A DNA stretch of 64,000 bases from Chthoniobacterales bacterium (lineage in GTDB: Bacteria; Verrucomicrobiota; Verrucomicrobiia; Chthoniobacterales; Chthoniobacteraceae): assembly GCA_038207335.1 (NCBI GenBank), contig JBBQZX010000019.1, positions 1 to 64,000 on the forward strand. Reading direction: 5' to 3'. The notes below the pieces were generated by a model. The model worked only from the letters and a program-made list of their open reading frames with translations. It searched no databases and was not told the origin of the DNA. The position numbers and the translations under genes are program-made. This document shows, piece by piece, positions 9,669-19,480 of this stretch. The stretch's first letter is position 1; the number at the start of each line of letters is the position of its first letter.

Positions 9669-10480
9669 CAGCGATTGATGGCTGGTCCATGCTCGGCATG
9701 AAACTCTTCGCCAGTGGCGAGCGCACGCATCCTGCGCCAGATATCGTAAAGCCCACCCACTCCCCGCGCACCTTTCAGAATCTCGCGAAACTCCTCAGGC
9801 CCGCGCCGGATCACCGCCGCCGCGAGCGAATCCATCGTTGCCGTGAGCCTCGTTTCGAGCGCCCCGCTCATCTCGTCGATATTCGAAAATCGAGCCTGCA
9901 AATTCGCACCCATCTCCGGCTCTCCGAACTCCGCGAAAAGCTCCGGCAAGCGCTCTCCGCCGTGCGAATATTCGATCGCGAGTGGCACGAATTGAGCGCC
10001 GGGAAATCCGCGGGCCAAAGCCGCGAGCCCCGCTGCAAAGCGGAGCGGACGCTCGCGCAAATCCGCAAATCGCGCCTGCGGAGTGATCCACAAAATCGCA
10101 CCGGGCTGCGCGAGCACCGCATCCGCTGCGCGCAGAAAGGCACGCGCGCCGCGAGCTGTTCCCGGCTCGACGCCGAAGACGCCGAGTTTCCTGAAGATGC
10201 CGTAGCGCTCGAGTTGCCGCGCCTCCATCGGCGCGTAGCTCGGACGCTCCGGAAAACACTGTTCCGCGAGCAAAATCGCGATCAGCGGATCCCACCAGGA
10301 CGAGTGATTGAGATAGATCACGAGCGGGGAAGGCAGCCCTGCTCCGACCGGCGGGACGGCGGTCTTCCGAAGTCGCACCGCGAAGAAGTGCCGCGCGACA
10401 TACCACCGCGAGTACTTCGCAAAGAACCGCTGAACGATCGGCGAGATCGACGGCGCGCCTTTGGGGGACAGGGCGTTCAC
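9668..10480 (-). CDS. PlsC-family acyltransferase, probable carotenoid-glycoside acyltransferase
   Basis: NHSSWWD (HxxxxD) and WITPQA motifs; GTG start overlaps the upstream TGA (GTGA). Confidence 0.8.
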   Translation of the reverse strand: MNALSPKGAPSISPIVQRFFAKYSRWYVARHFFAVRLRKTAVPPVGAGLPSPLVIYLNHSSWWDPLIAILLAEQCFPERPSYAPMEARQLERYGIFRKLGVFGVEPGTARGARAFLRAADAVLAQPGAILWITPQARFADLRERPLRFAAGLAALARGFPGAQFVPLAIEYSHGGERLPELFAEFGEPEMGANLQARFSNIDEMSGALETRLTATMDSLAAAVIRRGPEEFREILKGARGVGGLYDIWRRMRALATGEEFHAEHGPAINR

Positions 10481-12030
10481 GCGAATGCGGCTTGCGGCGT
10501 GGGGTCTGCGTGCGCGACGCCGAAATCCGCATCGAGTGCATCCGCCGCGATCCATCCGCTCATCAGCGCCATCGGCATTCCCGGTCCGGGATGCGCCGAG
10601 CCGCCCGCGAGATAGAGGCCGCGCACATCGGGGCTGCGGTTGTTCGGCTTGAACGCGCCCAGAAATCTTCCGTGGCTTGCGAGCCCGTAAATCGCCCCAT
10701 CGAGCACCTGATATCGGTCGTGAATCTCCTGCGGGGTGAGCGCACGCTCGACGACGATCCGGCTCTCGATGTCTTCCATCCCCGCGCATTCCGCGAGCTT
10801 GCGCAAAATCACGCGCCGATACTCCGGGAACATTTTCTTCCAGTCGTGATGCGGACGCAGATGCGGCGTGTGAACGAGCACGTAAAGTGCCTCTCCGCCC
10901 TCGGGTGCGACCGTGCTGTCGCTCCGCGCCGGCGCACAGACATAGCACGTCGGATCGGGCGCGGGTTCGCCGCGGCGGTAGATCGATTTGAACTCCGCGT
11001 GCGGGTCGCGACTAAACACGAAATTGTGATGCAACAAATGGTCGTATGCCTTTCTCAACCCGAGGTAGAGCACGACTCCAGAGCATGCCGGCTCGTATTT
11101 GCGACGGCGCGCAAACGCCCGCCCAGCTTTGCCTCCCAGCAGATCGCGATGCGTTCGCACGGTGTCGCGATTCGACACGACGGCTGAGCATTTCACCACT
11201 TCTCCGGCATTTGTCTCGATGCCGACCGCGCTGCCATCTTCCACGACGATCCGTTTCACCCCGCACGCCTCGCGAATTTCGACACCGAGACTTTCCGCGA
11301 GCGCGGCGAGCGCACGCGGCACCGCACCAGTGCCGCCGCGCGGATACCAGACGCCTTCATCCGTCTGCATGTGCGCGATGCCGCACAGGATCGCGGGCGA
11401 CTGATCCGGCGCGGAGCCGACGTATTGCACGAAATGATCGAGCATCTGCGCCACGCGCGGATCGGGCGCGTGCGCGCGCATCGTGCTCGCGACCGTCGAG
11501 CCCATGCGCATCGCGAGCACGTCGCGGAGTGTGCCCGGCTGGAAAGTTGTGCGCAGATCGAACATGTCGCGCAGCCCGCCGATCGGCTTGTCGAAGTACC
11601 ACTGGCGGCTGATCGCATCCTGCCGCGCGCTTAGTTCCATGAGCCGCCGGTAACCCGCGCCGCTTTTCGTCTGCGGTGAAAAAGCGTCGAGCCGCGTGCA
11701 CATCGCCTCCGTGTTTTCCACAAGATCGAGCGTGCTGCCGTCGGCGAAGAAACTGCGCCACTGCGGATCGAGTCGGACGAGGTCCAGTTCATCTTCGAGC
11801 CGGCGTCCAGCCTCCGAAAAGATGCGCCGCAGAACCGACGGGATCGTCAAAATCGTCGGCCCCATATCAAACCGGAAACCATCCTCTTCAAGCACCGCGG
11901 CCTTCCCGCCGAGCCACGAGTTTGTTTCAAAAACCACGACACGGTTTCCTCGCGAAGCAAGCGTGCAAGCCGCCGCAAGCCCGCCAAGGCCCGCACCGAC
12001 GATGCCGATGGGCTTGGAGTGCAGGCTCAT
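10477..12030 (-). CDS. crtP: Phytoene desaturase family, CrtP/CrtNb-type diapocarotene oxidase
   Basis: GAGLGG FAD motif, FDMGPT, HFVQYVGSAP...IAHMQ (CrtP-like), LAGGSAHPGPGMP. Confidence 0.75.
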   Translation of the reverse strand: MSLHSKPIGIVGAGLGGLAAACTLASRGNRVVVFETNSWLGGKAAVLEEDGFRFDMGPTILTIPSVLRRIFSEAGRRLEDELDLVRLDPQWRSFFADGSTLDLVENTEAMCTRLDAFSPQTKSGAGYRRLMELSARQDAISRQWYFDKPIGGLRDMFDLRTTFQPGTLRDVLAMRMGSTVASTMRAHAPDPRVAQMLDHFVQYVGSAPDQSPAILCGIAHMQTDEGVWYPRGGTGAVPRALAALAESLGVEIREACGVKRIVVEDGSAVGIETNAGEVVKCSAVVSNRDTVRTHRDLLGGKAGRAFARRRKYEPACSGVVLYLGLRKAYDHLLHHNFVFSRDPHAEFKSIYRRGEPAPDPTCYVCAPARSDSTVAPEGGEALYVLVHTPHLRPHHDWKKMFPEYRRVILRKLAECAGMEDIESRIVVERALTPQEIHDRYQVLDGAIYGLASHGRFLGAFKPNNRSPDVRGLYLAGGSAHPGPGMPMALMSGWIAADALDADFGVAHADPTPQAAFA

Positions 12031-13487
12031 GGTTTCCGTCTCCAGGCCGTGCGGATCATCGCCGCGACTGCGCGCGCCCGCTGCACGAAGCCCGCGCCGT
12101 GCGTCGCGACGATCCAGTGTTGAAAAAGCTCGGCATCGCCGGAGTGCGGCGGCGCGAAATGCCGGCGGGCCCTTCCGAGGCGGACTTGCACGACTTTCAC
12201 CGCAGTCATCTCCAGCAGTCCCTCCGCGCCGCGCGTGACTCCAAATCCGCTTTGGCCGCGCCCGCCGAATGGCACGCGCGGATCAGCGGTCGGCACAATG
12301 AGATCGTTGATGACGACGGAGCCCGCGCGGACCCGGCCGGCAAGCAGTCGCGCAGCTTCGAGATCTGCGGAGAAGATCGTGGCGCCCAAGGCGAACGGGC
12401 ACTCGCCTGCCAGCGCGAGCGCCTCGTCGTCGGAATCGACGGCGATGATGCAAACGACCGGCGCGAAGTGTGCGGTTTGCATGATCGACATGGATGGGTG
12501 CGTGCTCGTCAGGACGCACGGGAGGCGTAGTTCCCCGGTGTCGTCGAACCCCCCGATGAGGGCGGTGGCATCTCGCGCGAGCGCCTCACGAATATGAAGT
12601 GCGACGGTTTCAGAAGAGGACGGCGGGGAGCCGGAGGTCGAATCGGCGCCGTCGCAGAGCATCGCCTCGAAACGTTCGGCGACGCGGCGCGCGATGAACA
12701 CGCGGCGCGGCGCGATGCAGGTCGCGCTGGCATTGAACGAGAGCCCAAACAGCAATGCGCGGACTGCAAGCGAGAGATCGGCATCTTCAAGAATGAAGAC
12801 AGCGTCGCAACCGGAAAGCTCCGCGACGCACGGGATGGCGCGGCTTGCGAGCGCCGCGAGGACTTCGGTGCCGACGATGAAAGAGCCGGTGAAAAAGACT
12901 TTGTCGATCGGGAGCGCGAGGGCCTCGCGCGCTGCCGCGGAATCCTCCTTCAATATCGCGATGAGGTCGGGGTCGAGTCCCGCGGCGACGAGCACTTCTT
13001 TGAACGCCAGAGCGGTGGCGGTGCCGTGCGCGCCGGGCTTGAGCAGCACTGCGTTTCCCGCGACCAGCGCTTGAATCGCCGGTACGCCGGGGAGGAGCAG
13101 GGGATAGTTCGAGGGGGCGATGATCAGCACGACGCCGAGTGGCTCTCGGCGGATCTCGGACGCGACGCCGAACAGCCACAGCGGGCGTCCGCGCGTGCCG
13201 AGGCGGCGGGTCGTCAGGATCACTTTTGCCCGCTTCTCGAGAAAACGAAGCGCGTCGGTTAGTGGCAAGACTTGAGAGGTGAGTGCCTCGGAGATCGGCC
13301 GATGCGCTGAATCCGCAGCGATCGCGGCGATATCGGAAGCGCGTGCTGCGAGAAGATGGCGGACGCGTTTGACGAATCGAAGGCGGTGGTCAAGCGACCT
13401 AGCCGCCCAGGCAGTCTGGGCTCTCTGAGCGGCGAGAAATTGCGCGGGGATCGAGCGCGCAGTGGCGGGCGGGGCGGTGGAGGTCAT
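12027..13487 (-). CDS. aldH: Aldehyde dehydrogenase, AldH/CrtNc-type
   Basis: PLGVVLIIAPSNYP, FFTGS, ELSG, catalytic Cys in ATCIAP, PFGGRGQSGFG; lies between two desaturases. Confidence 0.8.
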   Translation of the reverse strand: MTSTAPPATARSIPAQFLAAQRAQTAWAARSLDHRLRFVKRVRHLLAARASDIAAIAADSAHRPISEALTSQVLPLTDALRFLEKRAKVILTTRRLGTRGRPLWLFGVASEIRREPLGVVLIIAPSNYPLLLPGVPAIQALVAGNAVLLKPGAHGTATALAFKEVLVAAGLDPDLIAILKEDSAAAREALALPIDKVFFTGSFIVGTEVLAALASRAIPCVAELSGCDAVFILEDADLSLAVRALLFGLSFNASATCIAPRRVFIARRVAERFEAMLCDGADSTSGSPPSSSETVALHIREALARDATALIGGFDDTGELRLPCVLTSTHPSMSIMQTAHFAPVVCIIAVDSDDEALALAGECPFALGATIFSADLEAARLLAGRVRAGSVVINDLIVPTADPRVPFGGRGQSGFGVTRGAEGLLEMTAVKVVQVRLGRARRHFAPPHSGDAELFQHWIVATHGAGFVQRARAVAAMIRTAWRRKP

Positions 13488-15037
13488 GTGATCACGGCTG
13501 GCGTGGAGGCAACCGACTGGAAGCTCATTGATTCCGAATTCGCGCTAGTTGCGCTTTTGAGGCCAAGGTCATCGCAAAGAAGCCGTGCTGTGATCCGGGC
13601 ACCTTCAAAGATGACGGGAAGGCCGCTGCCGGGATGCGTGCCGCCGCCGACCAGATAGACGCCGTCGAGGTCCTCGAAGCGGTTGCGCGGACGCAGGTGA
13701 AGCATCTGGTCAAGCGAGTGCGAGAGATTGAACGTCGCCCCGCGATGCAGTGCGTAGCTATGTTCCCAGTCCGCGGGCGTGATCATCCGCTCGTATCGGA
13801 TGCGCGACTCGAGGTCGCCGAAGCCCGCGGCGGCGGCGCGCTCGAGGAGAAGTTTGCGAAATGCGACGCGCTCGCGGGACCAGTCAACGTTCGCGGATTG
13901 ATGCGGGACGGGCGCGAGCAGGTAGAGCGCGCTCTGGCCCGGCGGAGCGAGCGTGCGGTCGGTGACGCACGCGTTTTGCACGTAGAATGACGGATCGGTC
14001 GGGACACACTTCAACCGCTCGATTTGGTCGAGATTCTCCTCGTAGCCCGACGAGATGTGGATCGTGTGGTGAGGTTGTACGTCGAGCGTGCCGTCCACTC
14101 CCAGGTAGAGCATGAACGTGGAACAGGAGAACTTTTTGCGTGTGATCTTAGCATCGCTCCAGCGGCGGCGCAGCCGGTCGGGAACGAGCTTCGACATGGC
14201 GTGCGCGAAGTCGGCATTGATGACGACCGAGTGCGCGCGGTGATCGCCGGATGCGGTGCGCACGCCTACTGCGCGGCGTCCCTCGAACAGCATTTCCTCC
14301 ACGGGAGTATCGAGCAAAATCTCAACGCCCAGCGAACGCGCGACCCGAGCCATCGCAGTGGTCACCGAGCCGCATCCGCCGATCGGATGCCAGACTCCGT
14401 GTTCGTATTCGAGGAAGCTCAGGATGCTGAACAAACTCGGGCAGCGGAACGGCGACATGCCGAGGTATTTGGACTGGAAGCTGAACGCGAGGCGCACCCG
14501 CGGATCGCTGAAAAAGCGGCGCAGATACGTGTCGAGCGACTCTAGCGGATGGAGCAGGGGGAGGATTCGCAACATGCTCGCGCGGAAAAGATCGCGCCAC
14601 TTCTCGAACGGCGATTCAAGGCACGGCTGCGACAGCTCCATCTTGCGCCGGTTCTCCTCCATGAAGCGCCGAAAGTGCGGCGCATCGTGAGGTGAGATCG
14701 ATGCGATTTGCCGCTCCATTTCGGCTGCATCGGGTGTCGCATCCATCTGCCCGCCCGCGCCGAACTGGATGCGATATTGCGGATCGAGCCGCACCATTTC
14801 CACCTCGTCGCGGAGGGATGTTCCGGCGGTGCGAAGGATTTCGTCGAGAATGCGCGGGTAGAGGAAAAAGGTAGGCCCGAGATCGAACTTGAATCCCTGA
14901 GCCTCGATCGAAGAAGTGCGTCCGCCGACGACTGGAAGCCGCTCAAATATCCGCACGCGCGCCCCTGCTTTCGCGAGCAGGATCGCCGCCGCCAGACCGC
15001 CGGGCCCGGCGCCGATGATGATGACTTCCTTGCTCAT
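13484..15037 (-). CDS. crtN: Phytoene desaturase family, CrtN-type
   Basis: GAGPGG, FDLGPT, FQSKYLGMSP, YLVGGGTHPGSGLP. Confidence 0.8.
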   Translation of the reverse strand: MSKEVIIIGAGPGGLAAAILLAKAGARVRIFERLPVVGGRTSSIEAQGFKFDLGPTFFLYPRILDEILRTAGTSLRDEVEMVRLDPQYRIQFGAGGQMDATPDAAEMERQIASISPHDAPHFRRFMEENRRKMELSQPCLESPFEKWRDLFRASMLRILPLLHPLESLDTYLRRFFSDPRVRLAFSFQSKYLGMSPFRCPSLFSILSFLEYEHGVWHPIGGCGSVTTAMARVARSLGVEILLDTPVEEMLFEGRRAVGVRTASGDHRAHSVVINADFAHAMSKLVPDRLRRRWSDAKITRKKFSCSTFMLYLGVDGTLDVQPHHTIHISSGYEENLDQIERLKCVPTDPSFYVQNACVTDRTLAPPGQSALYLLAPVPHQSANVDWSRERVAFRKLLLERAAAAGFGDLESRIRYERMITPADWEHSYALHRGATFNLSHSLDQMLHLRPRNRFEDLDGVYLVGGGTHPGSGLPVIFEGARITARLLCDDLGLKSATSANSESMSFQSVASTPAVIT

Positions 15038-15045
15038 TTGGCGGC

Positions 15046-15252
15046 TTAAAGTGGCGTTTTGATGCCGCACGCACGTACTGCGCACCAGCCGCGCGCCGCC
15101 TCGAAAAACATGAATGCGGATGCCAGCGAAAGGAACACGGTCAAGAGTCGCGACGCGGGCCAGCTCAGTGCTGCGCCGACGGCAAACGCTGTTGCGCCTG
15201 CTGCGCGAATCGCACGACCTCGCGAATCGATGTTGGGTTCGAATAGTTTCAT
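15046..15252 (-). CDS. Small DUF2892/YgaP-like membrane protein
   Basis: NIDSRGRAIR, two hydrophobic segments, WCAVRACGIKT; first gene of the crt operon. Confidence 0.7.
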   Translation of the reverse strand: MKLFEPNIDSRGRAIRAAGATAFAVGAALSWPASRLLTVFLSLASAFMFFEAARGWCAVRACGIKTPL

Positions 15253-15263
15253 GTGGTTTGGGA

Positions 15264-15303
15264 TGTCTAATAGTTGTCTATTGTGTGGTGGGTCGCATGT
15301 CAA
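15264..15303 (-). promoter_or_regulatory. Sigma70-type promoter of the crt operon overlapped by CarH-type operator repeats
   Basis: Minus strand reads TTGACA (15303-15298), N17, TAGACA (15280-15275), with a second TAGACA 11 bp further (15269-15264). Confidence 0.65.
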
Positions 15304-15427
15304 GCGATGGGATTGGATGCGCAGTCGGCGCCGAAAGCGCGCGTATCGGCATGTGTGCTAGGAGGGAGTGCTTGATTGCATGAATCGTGCGCTGTGAAGA
15401 TTTCGGCTTGCCGTTTTCTTGGCTAAA

Positions 15428-15444
15428 TGTCTAAGTGATGTCTC
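15428..15444 (+). promoter_or_regulatory. Putative CarH autoregulatory operator
   Basis: TGTCTA (15428) and TGTCTC (15439), 11 bp apart, immediately before the carH ATG. Confidence 0.55.
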
Positions 15445-15445
15445 A

Positions 15446-16390
15446 ATGTCAGAGCAGCCGCTTCATTCCATTCAAAATGTGTCCGCCAGAACCGGCTTGA
15501 GCGCGCACGTCATTCGGGTTTGGGAACGGCGCTACGCGGCGGTGACGCCGAAACGCAGCGATGGTGGCCGGCGGCTTTACTCGGACCGGGAGGTTGAGCG
15601 GCTCATCGCTCTGCGCGAGGCGACGCAGGCGGGACACTCGATCGGTGTGATTGCGGGGATGACGATGAAACAGATTTCTTCGATCACCGGAAAAGCCCGC
15701 AGTGAGGCAGGTAGCCGTGCCATGGATGCCAGTGCTGCCTTGCGCGCGGAATGCCTCGACGCGGTGAAGCAGCTCGAAGGTGCGGGATTGCAGGATGCGC
15801 TTCAGCGCGGACTCGTGATGTTTGGACAGCGCGGAGTTTTGCAAATGGTAGTCTCGCCGCTCGCGGAGGAGGTTGGCGAGCGGTGGCGAAGTGGTGCGTT
15901 TGCCGCCGCGCACGAACATTTTTTTACTTCTGCGGCTAAGATTTTTCTCGGCCGGTTGAACAAATATTTCACGCCGGGTTCGGCGATGCCGAACCTCATC
16001 GCCTGCACACCGTCGGGGCAGTTGCACGAACTCGGCGCCTTCATGGTGGGCGTCGCCGCGAGCCACATCGGATGGCGCGTGACGTACCTTGGGGCCGGTC
16101 TGCCGGCGGCGGAAATCGCGGGTGCGGTTGCGCAAAATGAAGCGGCCGCAGTGGCGCTTAGCATCGTCTATCCCGGCGACGATCCGTGTCTTTCCGAAGA
16201 GCTTCTGGATCTTAAAAAATTTCTTCCTGAGGGCACGCAGATCATTGCAGGTGGCCGGTGTGCGGCGGGGTATCGATACGCGCTCGACCGAATCGGCGCG
16301 GTGGTGGTTGGTTCACTCGATGAGTGCTGCGAGGTGCTCGATCGGCTGCGAATGCAACGCGCCGTGAACAGGAACAGGGCACGCGAATGA
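15446..16390 (+). CDS. carH: MerR-family B12-binding photoregulator (CarH/LitR)
   Basis: MerR HTH (VIRVWERRY, GRRLYS), W-x9-EH motif (WRSGAFAAAHEH), QLHELG cobalamin-binding His motif, YLG; divergent from crt genes. Confidence 0.88.
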   Translation: MSEQPLHSIQNVSARTGLSAHVIRVWERRYAAVTPKRSDGGRRLYSDREVERLIALREATQAGHSIGVIAGMTMKQISSITGKARSEAGSRAMDASAALRAECLDAVKQLEGAGLQDALQRGLVMFGQRGVLQMVVSPLAEEVGERWRSGAFAAAHEHFFTSAAKIFLGRLNKYFTPGSAMPNLIACTPSGQLHELGAFMVGVAASHIGWRVTYLGAGLPAAEIAGAVAQNEAAAVALSIVYPGDDPCLSEELLDLKKFLPEGTQIIAGGRCAAGYRYALDRIGAVVVGSLDECCEVLDRLRMQRAVNRNRARE

Positions 16391-16833
16391 CGGTGCACGA
16401 ATTTCACTCCAAGCAGTGGCTGCCCGTCCCGATCGAGAAGGTTTTCCCGTTCTTCGCCGACGCCGGGAATTTGCAGGAGATCACGCCGCCATGGATGAGC
16501 TTTCACATCCTCACGCCGCAACCGGTTGCGATGCGTGTCGGCGCGCTCATCGATTATCGGCTGAAGGTGCGCGGCTTCCCGCTGCGTTGGCGGAGCAAGA
16601 TCACCGCATGGGAACCGCCGTTCCTCTTCGTCGATGAGGAGGTGCGCGGGCCGTTTCGCGCGTGGATTCACGAGCATCGCTTCGAGCCGCGTGATGGCGG
16701 AACCCTGACGATCGATCATGTGCGATACGCGGTGCCGGGGGGCGCGCTGATCAACTGGCTTTTCGTCCGTCACGATGTAGCTCGCATCTTCAAATACCGC
16801 AGCAAAAAGCTGCGCGAACTTTTCCCGGGATGA
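16387..16833 (+). CDS. SRPBCC family ligand-binding protein
   Basis: FFADAGNLQEITPPW, FVDEEVRGPFRAWIHEHRF; ATGA overlaps at both ends. Confidence 0.85.
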   Translation: MTVHEFHSKQWLPVPIEKVFPFFADAGNLQEITPPWMSFHILTPQPVAMRVGALIDYRLKVRGFPLRWRSKITAWEPPFLFVDEEVRGPFRAWIHEHRFEPRDGGTLTIDHVRYAVPGGALINWLFVRHDVARIFKYRSKKLRELFPG

Positions 16834-18206
16834 GCGCGCCGCGAATCGACCCGGCAAGGGTCGTGGCGCTGAATCCGTGCGAGATCGCGAGCGGCGATTA
16901 CGTGCTCTACTGGATGCAGCAGTCGCAGCGAGCTGAGGCAAATCCCGCGTTGGAATATGCCGTCGATCTTGCGAATGAAATCGGGGTGCCGGTCGTCGTC
17001 GTCTTTGGGATCATGGACGATTACCCAGAGGCAAATGTGCGGCATTACACGTTCCTGCTGGAGGGATTGCGCGAGATTGAAGAGTCGCTGGAAAAGCGCG
17101 GCATCGCGTTTGTGCTGCGGCATGGTTATCCTTCGGAAGTGGCTCTTGCGCTTGCTTCGCGAGCATGTGCGGTGGTGTGCGACCGAGGCTATTTGCGGCA
17201 CCAGAAGGCGTGGCGGCGGACTGTCGCGGCGGAGGGGAAGTGCCGCGTGGTGCAAATCGAGGCGGACGTGATCGTGCCGGTGGAGACGGCCACCGACAAA
17301 GCCGAGTATGCTGCGCGGACGCTGCGCCCGCGGATTACGAAGCAGTTTGAAAAGTATCTCGTGGAGCTGAGTGCCGGGCATGTGAACCACCGTGCGGATC
17401 GCCTTTCGCTGCCGCACTCCATGCCGCTCGGCGACATCGATGAGCTTACGAAAACCCTAACACTCGACCTCTCCGTCGAGCCCGTCTCCCGCTTCTTCAG
17501 AGGCGGCACCTCCGTCGCGCAAAAAGTTTTCCGCAAGTTCCTCGCCGAACGCCTCATGTGCTACGCGGAGAACCGCAATCAGCCGCAGACTGACGACGTT
17601 TCTCACATGAGCAAGTATCTCCACTTCGGCCAAATCTCCCCGGTTTGGCTCGCGATGGAGGCCCGCAAACACTGTGTTGGAGCGGCTTCCGACGTTGCCA
17701 CCTTCATCGAGGAGCTGCTCGTGCGGCGCGAACTCGCGATGAATTTCACCCACTTCAACGATCACTACGAGCGCTACGAAAATCTCCCTGCGTGGGCGCG
17801 CCGCACCCTCGCTGCGCACAGCGGCGACCCCCGCGAGCACTGCTACACGCGCGCCCAACTCGAAGCCGGTGAGACCCACGACCCGTATTGGAATGCCGCC
17901 ATGCGCGAGATGCGCGTCACGGGCTACATGCACAATTACATGCGGATGTATTGGGGCAAAAAGATCATCGAGTGGAGCTCCACGCCCGAGCAGGCATTCG
18001 ACACAGCGCTAGCGCTGAACAATCGCCTCCTCCTCGACGGACGCGACGCCAATTCCTTTGCCAACGTCGCCTGGCTATTCGGCCAGCATGACCGCCCGTG
18101 GGCCGAGCGCGCGATCTTCGGCACCGTCCGCTACATGAATGCGCGCGGCCTCGAGCGGAAGTGTGACATTCGCGCCTACGTCGCCAAAGTCGCCAAGCTT
18201 GCCTAG
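16830..18206 (+). CDS. phr: Deoxyribodipyrimidine photolyase, class II
   Basis: YVLYWMQQSQR, SKYLHFGQIS, EELLVRREL, THDPYWNAA, GYMHNYMRMYWGKKI, DGRDAN. Confidence 0.92.
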   Translation: MSAPRIDPARVVALNPCEIASGDYVLYWMQQSQRAEANPALEYAVDLANEIGVPVVVVFGIMDDYPEANVRHYTFLLEGLREIEESLEKRGIAFVLRHGYPSEVALALASRACAVVCDRGYLRHQKAWRRTVAAEGKCRVVQIEADVIVPVETATDKAEYAARTLRPRITKQFEKYLVELSAGHVNHRADRLSLPHSMPLGDIDELTKTLTLDLSVEPVSRFFRGGTSVAQKVFRKFLAERLMCYAENRNQPQTDDVSHMSKYLHFGQISPVWLAMEARKHCVGAASDVATFIEELLVRRELAMNFTHFNDHYERYENLPAWARRTLAAHSGDPREHCYTRAQLEAGETHDPYWNAAMREMRVTGYMHNYMRMYWGKKIIEWSSTPEQAFDTALALNNRLLLDGRDANSFANVAWLFGQHDRPWAERAIFGTVRYMNARGLERKCDIRAYVAKVAKLA

Positions 18207-18239
18207 CTCCGGCTTGTCATCCGACGCGCGGCGTGGGAC

Positions 18240-19451
18240 ATGGAACGTGTGTCACGCACCAGCCGATCGGCCGAGTTCGCCGAGCTTTCGGCCCTACTTT
18301 TCATCCAGGCCGCCGCCATGGGCGCATGGTTCGTCCCCATCGGCTCCGTCCTCGACACCAATGGCTATCAGGCCATCAAGCCCCTCGCTTTTGCCACCTC
18401 CGCCGTCGCCGCTTTCATCTCCCCGCTCATCTTCGGCGCGCTCGCCGACCGCAGCCTCGGGCCCGTCCGCGTCCTGCGAATCCTCGGTATCGCCACCGCG
18501 TGTGCGATGTCACTCGCGGCGTATGCCATCGGGAAGAGCGCGAGTCCTATCGTCGTCCTCGCGCTCATTCAGCTCTACTCGCTTTGCTCCTCGCCGACTT
18601 GGGGCATCGCCAGCTCCATCGTCCTGGGCCGCCTCCTTAATCCCCAGCGAGAATTTGGCCCCGTCCGCTCGCTCGGCTCCCTCGGCTGGATGGTCGGCTG
18701 CTGGACCATCAGCCTCCTCGGCGCCGACACCTCCATCCGCGCCCTCTACGCCGCTGGCTGCATCTGGCTCCTCGTCGTCGCCCTCACTTTCTGGCTGAAA
18801 AGCCCCGCGCCCATTCGCGATAAACAGCGCCTCACAATCTCCCAGCGCCTCGGCTGGGACGCCCTTGTCCTCCTCCGCAATCCCGGCCACCGCGCCGTCT
18901 TCCTCACCACCGCGCTCTTCGCCATCCCGCTTGCCGCATACTACCCATTCTCGCCCACGCATCTGCGCGCCCTCGGCCTCCAGCGCACCGCCGCGTGGAT
19001 GACGTTTGGTCAGGTCACCGAGGTCATCGCAATGTTCGCCCTCGCAGCGCTCATGGGTCGGCTTCGCCTAAAAAGGACCATCTGCATCGGGCTCGCATTT
19101 GGCGTTTTCAGGTTCGGCCTCTGCGCCTTCGATACCCGCGCCAGCCTCCTCGCCGGCATCACACTCCACGGCTTCTCCTTCACCCTCGTCTTCATCACCG
19201 CGCAGCTCTACCTCGACAGCCGTATCGATCCCGCATGGCGCGCCCGTGCCCAGGCTCTCTTTGCTGTCATGACCGGCGGCGTCGGCAATCTCCTTGGCTA
19301 TCTTGGCACGGGCGCGTGGTTCACCTGGAGCGCGCGCGCCGGGGCCGACCGCTGGAGTCTTTTCTGGGCCGGCCTCTCCGCCTTTGTCCTCGCCATTCTC
19401 ATCCACTTCGCCATCACCCAGCGCCGCGACCTCCTGCGGCCTTCCGCGTAG
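18240..19451 (+). CDS. MFS transporter, nucleoside:H+ symporter-like
   Basis: About 12 hydrophobic segments, GALADR, EFGPVRSLGSLGW, GQVTEV. Confidence 0.8.
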   Translation: MERVSRTSRSAEFAELSALLFIQAAAMGAWFVPIGSVLDTNGYQAIKPLAFATSAVAAFISPLIFGALADRSLGPVRVLRILGIATACAMSLAAYAIGKSASPIVVLALIQLYSLCSSPTWGIASSIVLGRLLNPQREFGPVRSLGSLGWMVGCWTISLLGADTSIRALYAAGCIWLLVVALTFWLKSPAPIRDKQRLTISQRLGWDALVLLRNPGHRAVFLTTALFAIPLAAYYPFSPTHLRALGLQRTAAWMTFGQVTEVIAMFALAALMGRLRLKRTICIGLAFGVFRFGLCAFDTRASLLAGITLHGFSFTLVFITAQLYLDSRIDPAWRARAQALFAVMTGGVGNLLGYLGTGAWFTWSARAGADRWSLFWAGLSAFVLAILIHFAITQRRDLLRPSA

Positions 19452-19480
19452 CAGCCAGGCGTCTTTTTAAAGGCGAACCT

